Below, piece after piece: positions 26,464 through 39,800 of a stretch of 64,000 nt of DNA (the stretch's first letter is position 1; every line of letters starts with the position of its first letter). The notes below the pieces were generated by a model. It worked only from the letters and a program-made list of their open reading frames with translations, was not told the origin of the DNA and did not search any database. Made by a program: the position numbers and the translations under genes. The stretch is taken from assembly GCA_965655095.1 (NCBI GenBank), contig OZ296653.1:6510001-6574000 (forward strand), written 5' to 3'. Origin of the DNA: Haplodiscus bocki (taxonomy: Eukaryota).

Positions 26464-29400
26464 AATGTACCTATGGTCCGTGTTCAACCAGCAATCGCCA
26501 AGCTAACAAGCAATCAGGCATGCAGACCAGAAAATGGGTCGTGATCAAATTTGCAAGTAAGCGAGAATGAACAGCTTTATACTAATTATGGCCGGTTGGA
26601 AAAAAGGGTTACACATCGACCGCAATGCACATGCGTTGACCGCTCTTTTCAACTCGCAAGTGTAAAAACCTTCTTTCTTTGACAAATAACTAAAAATAAG
26701 TATGGTATCAGTGGCTTCAGGATATTTAGGGAAAATGTTTGCCGAGAAAACTTAGGAGGCGAATATAAAGAAATAGCCACAAATGGGCCAAAAATATTTG
26801 CCCAATTATCTGAATTAGCCAATAAAATACGATTTCTCAAATTAGGTATAATTTGACTCCTTGGTGCGTTTGTTTTTTTTCACTACTGCCTTTTATTTTG
26901 TGACACTTGCCAGAGTAAGTGTAATAATAAAGGACTCATGATGGGAAGTGTACACTTACATCATAATCATTGTGCTGAAGTCACTCACATGGAGACGAGA
27001 AATAACAATGAAAAAGTGAGGCAGTCTGCAAATGAAAATATGAGGCCACCGCCTGATTTGATTCTTTTGCTAGCTGCACGGATGCGATGACGTCACCAAG
27101 ATGACCTGTAACTGAATGGGTCCAACAGACGGGAAAAGTGAGTGATTTGATCTCGTTGCAGATGATACAACATGGAATCCAAACTCAGTTTAGGTTCACT
27201 GTATTGCACACGGAAAGGGACTGCTGCTGTACAGTAGTGATTTTAATTAATGCGACTAAGCAACTTTGATACGCATGACAAAATCCTAAGTCAAGAAGTA
27301 AATAATAGGAGATCAGAGTAAACAAAGGTACTCTGGGAAAGCTCATTAAAAGGGCTACCACATGGTTATTTCATTTGCTAAAATAAGTACTTCAAAGAGG
27401 TAGAAAATCGCGTCCCAAAGTTGACTAAATAAACTATGAAAGCATTGCGAGTATTGACAAATTTTGGCAGTTTTCGTAAAAAATCTTGACAATGACGCAA
27501 AATAGCAAGAAACAAATTACATAATTTGCTAATTCCCCAAAGCTTTTATCTTTATCACTTTTTTCAAAGCAATGATTTTCAGAAAAATTTGGGAAAAGTA
27601 AAAGTATTAACATCCTATGTTAATAATTAATTGATTTTCAAATTTAGTAGATTCAAGATAAATTGTTGAGTAGTTTTTCAAAACTCTTCCGCCGACATAA
27701 AATCAGCTGTCACAGAAACATCAGAGGTATCTATTGATTAAATAAAAATCCATAATTAAGTTACAAAAATGGAAAATTTGGCCGAAAACGCATCTTCTAG
27801 CTTTTGCTGTTCGTTGGAAATTTTTCAAACAAACTCCATTATAATCTTCTAAAATTTCTAAGAATATTTTGTTTCTGGTGCTTTTGTCCAAAATGATTAT
27901 TCCCGGAGTTATTCGTGCTTAAAGTTGACTTTGCATTAAAGTTGTCGCATTAATTAAAATCATGACTGTACACTGAGCATTCTTGTTGTACTGCTACAAC
28001 ATTTCGCAAACCTGAAAAAGACTCAACTTGTCCTGTTTAGTCCCAATCCAACGACGATTACGTCTCAGATGACTTTTAAAGCATGCATTTGCATTGCTGA
28101 GAATGGAATTTGCTAACACAATAGTCGACGCGATTAGCCAATGATACTGAGCTACTTGCCCTGTTTGAAATTTCATTGCACGACATTTCATGGTCGTTGT
28201 TTTGTTCACTTGGCGCTGTTTTTCCAAACTGTACCTGAAAAAACTTTAACAAGCGGCAAATCTCGCTTTCGTGAATGCATCAATGTGTTGATTGATACAA
28301 CCGCTCGCTGAACAAAATCAGATTGTTAGTCAATGGGAAAATTTGCATAAAGGGCGAAAGTAAAAACACTACTTTTCGTTCTGACAATCGTAACCATGAC
28401 CAGAAATGTGATTGACGCATTCGGAAAAACGAGACAATTGTCAAGCAATCATAAAAAACTGAAATGAGACAAAAACGTGCCACAGTGTCTCATACTCAAA
28501 CGTTTCGTCTGTCAGTCATGTCTTTTTAGTTAACTCCATTTTAGACTCCAATGTTTGAGAAATTTGCACATTTCACAACGCAAAAATGAACACGTACCTG
28601 CCACACTGCCTTATTAAAAAAAAATCATGTTAAACATGACCTTTCAGGACACTGATGTTAATTTTTTTGACCAATGTGTAAAACTTTTTTAGAGCATTTT
28701 AGAGAGCGAAAATAAATAGGCACCAGCCAAATATATCAAGGAAGTTGTTGATTATTTACATTACACTACTAGAGACTCTGACGACGTAAAAAAATATATA
28801 CGTTTTCGCAAATGTCAGACGTTTTGACAGATTCCCTTCAATTGGCAAATTTTCGAAGTACTCACATTGGCCCGGAAGTGATCCTGTTCATTTTTTCGCG
28901 TTATTTCTTGCAGCGGTAAATGTTTTGAAGACATTCCTTCTTTCTAAGCATGGGTATCTTCCGTTCACAAATTCTAGTCAAGTAGTTTTTAAAACCAGCC
29001 TGTGATTTGCATAGCTTGCAACAACTTCTACAGGTGGTTGTTTGGGTTTCTGCTCTTTGCGATCTTGACGTATTCTCATCTCACCCTGCCTGAAGGTCCT
29101 TCCACGGAACAAGATATCTCTCTCTGTACCTGGACGCGGTTTATGGTAGATTCTCCGATTCAGAGTCACTGGCTCTATTCTGTCAGGATCTTGTCCGGAT
29201 TCTTTCAGTAAAACTCTCCATTAATTTGTTGTTTAGGGATCTTCTTCACTAGCATCACTGGATATATTTCCTCGCCATTCCAAAATGAATTTCTCGTGAG
29301 ACTGTTGTTCTTCGGAATTCTGAGTATCTGACGTAATTTAGATAGACTGCGAAGTTCTATTTTTTTACGTATGCTTGTATTCTTGAGGGCCATGCTTAAT

Positions 29401-32400
29401 GGCATATGTTTCGGTTACGTTTCTGCATTTCTCGTAGAGTTTGTTGGTTCTCTGAACTCCAAATCTGTATGAAAAATCAGTCCACGATAAGCATTAATAG
29501 TTTAGTTTCTTTGACTCGCCATACATGGATTGCGCAGTCAAACAAACGAGTGGCTTAAACGACTTCGGTTTGTAATATTTTCGGAGTTTGTTTCGAGTTT
29601 TTTAGCCATCGTCTCACACTTGAAGCTTTTTGTGTTGGTTTAATTCTTCTCTGGATGTCTGTCTGTCGCATTATGACCCAAGGACACGGATGCAGCCCTT
29701 CTGACCAATTTTCGGTGTTCATTTGAGACACAACTGAACAATTATTTTCCAAGTATTTCATCTCTTCGGTTATTGTTCGCTTGCGTAGTTCCATTTCCAT
29801 CTTAAAGTCATGGATGGTGGTGCCAACTGCAGAAAGTACGTGTTGGATTATCAGATTTTTCGTTGCCATACGACCCGCTTACTGTAGTTGCGGAAATAGA
29901 TGACTCTGGGACCCTTGCCTAATATTGATCAAGTTTAAAGCACTCACGCAATCTCAATTGTGAGAAACTCGGAGAAATGTGTGAATTATAAATTAGACAA
30001 AACCGGGTCTTTTTATAAATTTTGTAAGGCCTTGTAGCAAGAAAGTTGATCCAGAAGTCAAAAGAGCTAGAAAATATATAATTGGGAAGCTAACGATTTT
30101 CGAGTTACTTTAAGGCACCACCAAAAACGCATATTTTTCGATACAACTTGAAGACGTCATCAAAAACCACAAAATTTACCCTGCTACATTGATTCCTGCT
30201 AAATTTGTAGCTAACAGCTAATTTGGATGGCAAAAGAGCGAAAATTCGGGAAAGGCTAAATTTAGCTATTTTGAATCGATTTTAAGTTTGACGAAACTAC
30301 TATTTTGGACGAAAGTTTGCAGAATTCTGGAAAATCTTCAAAACTATCTTTTCTATGGAATTGAGCTAGCTGCGTTTCAAAACAGATTTGGAAGGTAAAT
30401 TAGCAAACACTTGGGGAAAGCTGAGAAACAGTTACTTTTGTTAGCTCTTGAACACAATAAAGGAAAATTTTCCAACAAAAACATCAATCATTGAAAAATT
30501 GCCCAAATTGGTTTTTAAGCAAGGAGTACACTTTTAGCTTAACAAGAACAAATCGGAAAAGTAGCTATTTCTCTTTCGCTCTCAAAAATCGGAAAAACAT
30601 CAATGATCAATAATTTTTTTAACTTCCGCTATTTTTGCTCTATTAGTGCTTGTGTATCGCACTAGTTCTCTGACTAGTAACTTGTTGTGATAGTTGTTGT
30701 CGACAAAGAGCGAGAATTCAGAAAATAAATCACAAACCTACTTTCCGCCTATTGTCAGACACCAGTTTTTTCAATTTGAAAAACGCTTCATAATTCAAAA
30801 ATTTTAAAATATTATGCTGAATGCGTAGGTAAATGAAGATAGCGAAAAAGAAAAAAATGTGCGAAAATATCAGGATTTTCCGTAGAAAGGAAAACTCGAA
30901 AAAGTTTTTTTTTTCTGCAAGAAAGAATAATTGTTTTCAGAAACGGTTCGGTTGTCGAAAGTTGAGTAAATATTGTAGCACAGAGTTCGTGGTAGGCAGA
31001 ATACCCAACATTTGAGCAAATATCACAAAATTCGGACACAAATTTTGGAAACACCAATTTTTTACACTCGCAAATCTGCGGTTTTTGCAGCAAAGATTCA
31101 ACTTTATTCCAAAACAGTAAATTCGTTATATGTTGATTATTTTTTGCCTATAAAATTGTTTTGCTAGGCAATACTTGCAAAAAAAAACAGTTCGAAAAGA
31201 GCAAAATTAGCTATTTATGCCTATGTTTGGTCAAGCAAATGAGTTTTTAAAATGTGTTTGTCTATTGATTCAGACTACTCAAAAGTGACAGAAAGTATTC
31301 AGGAAAGTGCACCTGCTGCGTAAAAGTAGTCATCATATCCGGGAGTTCCGAAAAGGTCAGCATAGAAGGACTATTTTGTACTCGTCTCAAAATTGACCTT
31401 CGCGAAAACTTTCTACGGCCTCGTGAAATCCTTTTGCCATTCGCTGGTCAAATGCACAAAATTCAGCCCATTCTGACTTTGAAAATTTTATATCACCAAA
31501 TTAGAGCAAATTTACCGTAGAATGAGAATGAACCGCTCAGATTTCTCAGAAAACATCCGAAAATACGTCTTTGCAGATTGAAGAAAGTTTTAATCTGAAA
31601 AAAACTCGGTTTTTTCAAATTTGAGAAACAGTGGCAAATTTGCAGTGGAATGCCTATAAAATGTATAAAGTTCTTTCGTGCGAGGTGATAGTGATAGTTA
31701 GTGTGTTGCGTGCGTGTGTAGAAGTCGTGTAAAAGGCGCCTTTTTTGACAGCCAGAAGGCAGAAAATCTTTCGGTGATAGTCGCGAGTCTTGCTTCTCTC
31801 ACTCTAGCAGATTGGCACGTTCGCTGCTACAATTTTGATTCCAGTGAAGACAAGAAGCACGATTTGTTAAGTTTTTATATATCCCTTTACGCCTATGAAC
31901 AAACGACACTTTTTTTTGGAACAATTTGGAAATTTGCTCCCGGTAAAATCCCAGCACCCGACCTTCCATACAACAAAAAATAGCTGGGAAACGCTAACAC
32001 CAATATAATCAGAAAATGCTTCTGATATTTTTGGCCCAGGCAGGAGGATATCAAGAAAACCGAAAATTATTGCATGGAAGGGCACTATATGTTTTTCAAA
32101 ATTTATGAAAAATGAAATCTGAAAACCATAGGCCGCAACAATTAAAAGGAAGTTCATTTCCTTACAATATTTCATTTTCAATTAGTGAATAGGTGATAAA
32201 CTTGTTATTATCGTTGTAGGTTAAGACGCTTTCGCCAGAGAAACAATTCATGAAGTGATAAAACCGCAGATTTCTTAGGTGACAAACGGCGGTTTTCGTT
32301 CAAATCAGAAGTTGCCGTTTTGCTCCCCAGGATTTTCCAACTGCACCTTTGCACTGAAAATGCGCGTTATCCCAACTTCAGCGATAACTTTGCTCATGAA

Positions 32401-33879
32401 ATTTATGCTAAAATGAGTTTATCGAGAATTTTTCATGCAACCATAAGAGAAAATATGTGCTAAAAAAGGGAGGAGTTTCAATTTATTTTTAAGTTAATTT
32501 CTGATAATTATTCCTTTTTGGTTTTAGCGCATGATGTAATTTTGATTGAAGTGTAAAGTCTTCCCACATTCCGCTTGTTCTTTATTTACCGCTGATTTCC
32601 ATTTTAGTCATAATTTGTCTTGAATCTCATTAACATTAGTTTGATCTACAGAAATTTAAACAGCAAAATGAGAGTCAAGCGCAGCTAACTTTCGACCAGA
32701 ACAAATAACATGGAGAAAGAAGTTTTTTTTTGAAAAAATTTTTACGGGCTCAGACAAGTACGCGTCACAAAGTCTAACTCCAAAAAGTTGATCTGAGAAA
32801 CATGCATTTTACGTTACGCCCTTTCACAACCCAATTTTCCAGCGATTTGAACACTAAATAACATTGAACAAGTACAGGACCAAATGTCACAAAAAACGGT
32901 AGGTTTTGGCATTGTACACAAAACTCGAGGATGAAGTCAAAAAATGCAAGTTCCGAACAGAATAAAAAATTGCCTGGATCTGTTTTCAATACAAATTCTT
33001 TGCTTCAGTCTGCATGTATAAAAAAGATGGTTTGATTAGGAAACTAAGAAAAAGACTCAAAAAAACGTTTGCTAACTATGCCATTGCGAAATGAGAGCAT
33101 AGATCTTTCGGGAAAGATGCAAAAATGTATCGAGCTGTCAGATGGACTAATGAGGGACCCACAGCCATTCTGGTTAAGTTTCAGAGACCATACGGCTATT
33201 TCCCAGGCGGAAACTTTCCCCACATAGATGTCGTGTAAAAACTACCGTCAACCGATCCGTTACACTGTCAAGAATCGTAAAAATGCCAAACGAAAAGGAG
33301 GCGCATAACGAAATTTGGTGATAGTTTTACCATGAGGGAAGAGAACGTTCGAGGGCAAGTGCAACGCGAATTAACCAATTCCCAAAGCAAGAGGACCCCG
33401 CCTATAATGTTGAGAGCTGAAAACCCCGGACCCAATCAATCTGATTGACTAGCCTCAGCAACTGTTGATATTTCAGTCAAACCAACTTTGATGTCTACTG
33501 GGGCCCCACAAATGGTTGCCTTTTCAAAAGAGAACGTACCTGTTAATAAATGGTATTTGTGGAACGGGCGAGAAGGACAGCTTATCCGCGATTGTCTTCG
33601 AGAAGAAAACTGCTAAACAAGAGAGCTTACGTTGAAGAACCAAGGATGAGATCTTTCATGACTCAGAAGATCAATCACCTCAAATGATCAAGCTTTTGAT
33701 AAACTGAAGGTGCTGCCAAAGACTCAACGCAACCGATCTCACTTATACTGCAATCAAACTTGTTGCAAACTCTTCTTTAGTATAGCAAGTTGAAAATTTT
33801 AGTCTTCGTTAGGCTCGGGACAATCGTTATCTTTCTCCGTTCAAAGGATGTCGCTGATTATAGTTTATATTGATGAATA

Positions 33880-36060
33880 TCGAGGGCTAATCACGCCGCT
33901 GCGGATCAACAGATTCCGAGAACTACAAGAAGAAGAAACTCAAACCATTCCAGGGAAGCAAGGGTTTCATCGACACACAGTCGGTGAATGACGCCGCGAA
34001 GACAAACCGAAAGGTTCTGAGGCTGAAAAAATGAAACTCAAGGTTCGCAACCCCTCAAGAGTTGCCATATACAATGCGCGAACCCTGGCAAAAGAGGGGC
34101 AACTCTTCTAACCAATAAACGGATGCGGAAAATACAGTCTGGAAATTGTTGCCATTCAACAGCAGAGATGGAAAACTGAAATTGACATAGCAGAAACGAG
34201 GAAAGAAAACAACACCTTCTACTATGCCAGTGACAGCGAGAAAGGAGTCGGTGGCGTTGGCATTGTAGTGTCTAAAAACGTCATTGCATGCTTTGCCACA
34301 ACAGAAAATGCTTCCAAGGCAGACAAGGACGAATTCTATGACAAAGTGGTGGAACAACTGAAAGCTTTTTCTAAGCACCACCTTGTCCTACTCCTCATGG
34401 ATCTCAACGCTCGCGTTGGTGCGGACAGTCATAAGACATCTCCAAAAGCTGTCGGACAGCACATATTTCAAAGTGAAACCAACAATAAAGGAGAGCGTCT
34501 AGTTGATCTGTGTCTGAAAACCAATTTGGCACTTGCTTTCACGAGACAGCCCCACAAACCGAGAACTTGCCAACAGACTGCAAGCTCTAAGCGAAAACCA
34601 ACTGTTATACTCTTTTGTGGAAGCTGTCATTTCCAGCTCCCGGGAGACGATCCTGAGGCGCCCGAAAAACGCATAAACTGAGTGGGTCGGCGACAAAACG
34701 AAAAAGCTTCTGGAGCGAAGAACTGAGGCAAAAAGGGCATACCAAAACACCGGGAACAATATCACGCGCACAGAATGGAGAATATTCGCTGACCAATGTG
34801 GAGAGCCTTTGAAGGCAGACAGAAAACAGCAACTAGACGAAATCTGTCAACGTGCAAAAAACGCTGCACAACGAAATAACATGAGCGAAGTTTACAAGAC
34901 CATTCGCAAGATCAGCGGGAAAGCTGAAACGCCTACCAAAAACCCAGGCAAAATGCTCGATGGCTCAGAACCTGATAACGACGAAGCCCTCATCAAAGAC
35001 TGGGCGAAATACTTCGCATCCTTGCTGATTAACGAGAAGTCATCCTCAGACATCGCTCTCGGGGATGCTGAAGAATACTTAGACATCAGCGAAACCGACT
35101 TCTCGATCGCCAAACTCTTGGAAGTGATAGCGTCCATCAAAACAGGGTAATCTGCTGGAGCTGATGGAATCACTGGAGAACTACTGATGTACGGCGGTCG
35201 CCTAATGCAACGTGAAGTTCTGAAACTCTACAAGAGAACAACGCTGCATTCCGGAGTGGCACCAGACGAACGCAAGGAAAACATCATTGTCACGATACCG
35301 AAAAGCGCATCAAACCAGATGACCAAATGCAAGGGAATATCCTTTATGTCAATTGCAGCGGAAACATAACCGCATGCTGCTGAACAGGATACAGCCACAG
35401 CTGAAATACTCACTGCGAGCATTCTAAGCTGGGTTCCGCAAAGGCCGCGGATGCACCGAGCAGATACACATACTAAGAAATGTAATCGAGGGTTTTCAGA
35501 AGAAACAACTACGCCTTGTCGCAACTTCCGTGGACTTATCTAAAGCATTCAAGTCGGCAAACAGGCCCAACATGTGGCAACGCCTATGGCACTACGGCGT
35601 GAGCCGAAAAATCGTACAGGCCATCAGAAGCGTATACCAGAGAAGCAACAGCAGAATAAGAGATGGCCAGCAAGTAAGCGATAGCTTCACAGTGGACACC
35701 GGCATGTTGCAGGGCGACACTCTCGCCCCTTTTCTGTTCATCGTGGTATTCGACCCTGTACTATCCAGGTCGACTGACATGAGAATGCGGGGTACCACTA
35801 CGCGACCAAGATCAAACATACATTGCTCACCTCGACTTTGCCGACGATATTGCTCTCCTAGACGAAGATCTGGAGAGAGCAGAGCGTCACCTGACAACAC
35901 TGATTACCGAAGGAAGCAAAATTGGATTGAACGTGAATTTCAAGAAAACAAAATACATCACACTCAACATGCACGGCGTCACAGACTCTAGATGGTAACA
36001 TGATAGAAAGGGTCGCAGACGTTAAATACCTAGCGGCCCGAGTTATCTCGTCCAGCACAA
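33880..36060 (+). mobile_element. Degenerate non-LTR retrotransposon (LINE, RTE-like clade): AP endonuclease plus reverse transcriptase
   Basis: APE motifs LRVAIYNARTL, GVGGVGIVV, KDEFY and LLMDLNARVG. RT motifs SAGADGITGELL, GFRKGRGCTEQI, VDLSKAF, GMLQGDTLAPFLFIVVFD and DFADDIALL. Many stops, frameshifts and internal deletions; truncated at the 3' end. Confidence 0.92.
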
Positions 36061-36624
36061 ACTTTACCTAATCGCCAAAAACGCAAAAAACCATATTGCG
36101 CGCCTCCGTCTTCCCCAGCACCATCGACAAGAAAGAACATAAAGAGAATTACACGAACAGGCCAGTGAAAGTTTAAACTTACCATGAAAAACTTTTGTAT
36201 TTATGGGCATAAGATCATTATTAAACGTTCCTAGGGGAATTATATTTTCCATTAGCAAGTGAACCTCCTGCGCTCACTATCAGGATTAAGCCAAACACAG
36301 TTTTACGTGGTGACTTCAGTTAAACTTCAGAAGTTATAGACTGCGCTTGAGCCACGTCATGTTATTAATCGACCTCGTCGGTTGCCCCTCATCAAAATTG
36401 CACCCAGTCCGGGCAGCGAACTTTTTGTGGCCCGGAACTAGATTTTTCGTCATTCGCAATTATGTTAACAGAGCTTGGAGCAGTTTTCTGTTACAGACGT
36501 ACTATTAGGTGTATCGAATATGCTCATCCTATAAAACACTGAATGCAATTAAAATAGTTTCAATTTTGCAAATTACGAATTTAAATTCGAGAAAAAAAGT
36601 GAATGAAATAAAAAGCACGGAATA

Positions 36625-36819
36625 TTACAATGAAGAGTCATTTGATGTTGACTTTTCTGTTGAACAATTTTCTTGAGAAGGGGATAGCTTTATACACGTG
36701 CCTGTACCACAGGTATCCAGTGACCACAGCCAGTCCGTACCAAGTGGCGATGTACTCTGCGTGTTTGTTGTATATCTGTATCAACGTCTGTCCCGGCAAA
36801 GGGGATCCCTCATTAACCC
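36625..36819 (-). CDS. SURF1: SURF1 exon 4 (last coding exon; second transmembrane helix)
   Basis: Not in the ORF track. Translates (G)VNEGSPLPGQTLIQIYNKHAEYIATWYGLAVVTGYLWYRHVY...SSL*, matching the SURF1 GGQT...NEHLQYIVTWYGL motif. Phase-1 acceptor gaatgAG; TAA at 36627-36625. Confidence 0.9.
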
Positions 36820-39800
36820 CTCATTCACAACAATGATGACAATCTAATTAGCTTTTGTACTACTTTTTCTCACATTTTTATTAGTTTACTAGCAAACAAT
36901 CAAGGGCAGACAAAAAACTTGAGCAGAGGCATAAAGAGCAGCGAATATTTTTGTCCAGTTGATTTGTTTTTTTTGTCGGAAAAATCTTCAATTGCACTTT
37001 GAAAATCAAAAAAGTCTTTCTTGAAGACTGTTGCTCGAATCTCATCAATTCATTGCTACATTAAGCTACTTTAACTTGTAAGACAACGAAAGAAGTTTTA
37101 ACTTGCACCTTTTGTCAAAAGCGCTAACCTCGAAAACTTTCTATCTGATTAATGTCAATCAGTGAATAGCCGGAAGTTCTGATGACGAACTAGGACATTT
37201 TTTTCCTTTCTTACATTGCCAGCAATTTAAATTCCAAAAATTGACTGGTTCTTCTTGCTATTGATGATGCTATCATTAGACTCATAAACCATGTAAACAA
37301 GACATGTTCTCGGAACCGTCCGCTGGAAATCGCTTTCAGTCTCGCAAGTTTTGCGTAGCACATCTTTGCCTCGTTGTTACACTTGCGAGTCGAGTCTACA
37401 CAACGAAGCAGGTATTTTACGGTAGAATTTTTTCCCATCCTGTCCAAACTAGCACATTTTCCCAGAGTTTAAGACGTTCGGTTTTTTGTTCATGCGCTCT
37501 GCCTTTGTTGCATAGATTTGCTCACATGTTCAAAATCACAGCTCACTTACTTTCCAGCAATGCGGTATTGAATTAAAAAACAGAACGGAAAATAAAACCA
37601 CCCTTTCTGAAATTTAACAAATTTTTTCTCAAATCTACTTCAAAACCGTTTTAGTCGATGTTCAAAAATCTGATTGCAATCAACCAGATGTAATTTCAAC
37701 ACCCGCAGCCAATAGGTCTTGAGGAGGAGCTAGGATGGTCTGTTTATAATTTTCATCCCGATATATTTTTTAGTTATGAACGGAAAATAAAGGAGTTTCT
37801 TACGTGCGTCGTTCGTTTAAAATTTTCAAAACTAGTGGCTGGATCAGCTTCATCCAGCCCTAATTCGGATACTCAAAGCATGAAATTGGCGCTGAGTAGC
37901 AAGGATAGTCAATTTCGTACCATTATTTTAATAAATCTTGACAATCAAATGAAAAACTTAAGATAAATTCACCAGCATCTTTCGTCGAAAATGTTTTTGA
38001 TGACTAGTGGTCAGATTGCATTCATCCAGCTCTAGATCCAATAGTCACACCTAGAAATGCCGAGAAGCAGCTGGGCTGCTCTGTTCTGTTGCTGCATTCC
38101 TAAATACTCTGAGTAATAATTGCAGATCTGATTACTTGTGCTCGGCAGTAACTTGAATATAATTCCAGGACACCGTAAGTTGAAGGTCATCGAAGTAGGT
38201 CTATTTATTCATAACTTCTGAGTAACAATTATGACTTCAAGCGAATCTTCAGATTTTGGAAACTAAGACACTCTTTAGATTTTATTTTGAAGACGAGAAG
38301 TCAGTTCGCGTGCGTCCAGCTCTGATCGAACGTACTATCAGCCAATCTTTGAAAGTATTCTCATAAAGTAAGTTAATAATCAGATGAAGGTCGCTCTGTG
38401 TATCAGCTGAATGGCCGAAGCTCTAATGAGACGGTTGCGGTCGGCGAACAAGAAACTGAGAAATGGAATAACTTAATTTTGGTTGAGATAAATGACAGAT
38501 GTTTTTGAACACAAAGAACGCCTTAGCAATTGCTCAACATATCGTATTATCAATATGGTGCACTATAGCGTTTTTTTTATCCTTAAAACAATGCAAAACA
38601 GTGAATTTTACCGCTCCTGATCCCACCCTGAACTTTAAGGTGCTGTATTTCACGGTCACGCAAAGCTATCGACCTAGTTTTGCAGTGTCGCCTAAATATT
38701 CAGTAAGGACAATCTAAATATCGATTTCAAGCCAAATCCCAGACAAAAAAATTACCAATATCCCTCAACGGCGCACCTTTGAGAAGTATGTATTTTGCTA
38801 AGTTTTGACAGATTGCAACGTCTTTTCCATCTCTCTAATGCATCATTCATTTGATCAAGCTCTAATTAGTCCATTGGTGCTTCAAAGTTCAACAATGATT
38901 GCCATATTGACCCGTTTTTGAGGCGTGACTTGCAAAGAATGTGAAGATTTCACACGTTTTAATGGCAAATTTGACAATTTACATACCTTTAATGACATTT
39001 CCTACGTTTTTCGCCCGTGTTAAATGTCAAATATGATATCACCCACGGACTCTATTCCGCTCCATTTGAGTGCTTCTACAAAAATACTTCTCACCGGATA
39101 CTTTTACTCTGCTCAAAAATCGTATTTTTAGATTATTTGTTACGTTTATCTTGTTAATGTTGCTAAACTTTGTCTGAATCTGAAATCCTTGGATTATTTT
39201 ACTTGGTTTGGTTCCCATGGTAATCCCCTTCTCTAAAGTGTTTTGAGAAGTTTCCGTTTTTGATCTCATGAAAAGTTGTTCAGGAGTTATGCGATGGTTA
39301 AGGTCATTATTTGCTATCTAAACATTGGATATTCTAGCTTAGTTTAGATAGTTAGATAGTATTTGACTCAACAGAATAGGGTCAATCTGAAATTCGATAT
39401 TTTAACCAACAATTCTTTATGCGAGAGCGGTAGGCAAAGTTTCAGTGGAACAGATTTGAAATCAAGATTGCTGAAAGCACAGAAACAGCCTTAAAGTTTT
39501 CGAAAATTCGAATTCGGAACTAGCCAAAGTGGGAGCTATTTCATCAAAGCAAGATTATACAGTCCCTTCAAAACCTATTGAAGGGACCAAGGCCGGAGTA
39601 AAGTATAGGAAGAGTGCTCTTTTATAGCCGTTACAGACACGCAGAGTATTTCCATTTTCAATTCACTCTCCTGGTACCTCGAAGTTCAAAATATCCCTCG
39701 TTGATAACGATGTAACCATAATACCCCCCAAGATTTGTTATTCTATGCCTCCGTGGGGAATTGGTTGTATAGTCTCGCAAGTGTTGAGTAGCGCAGCTTC

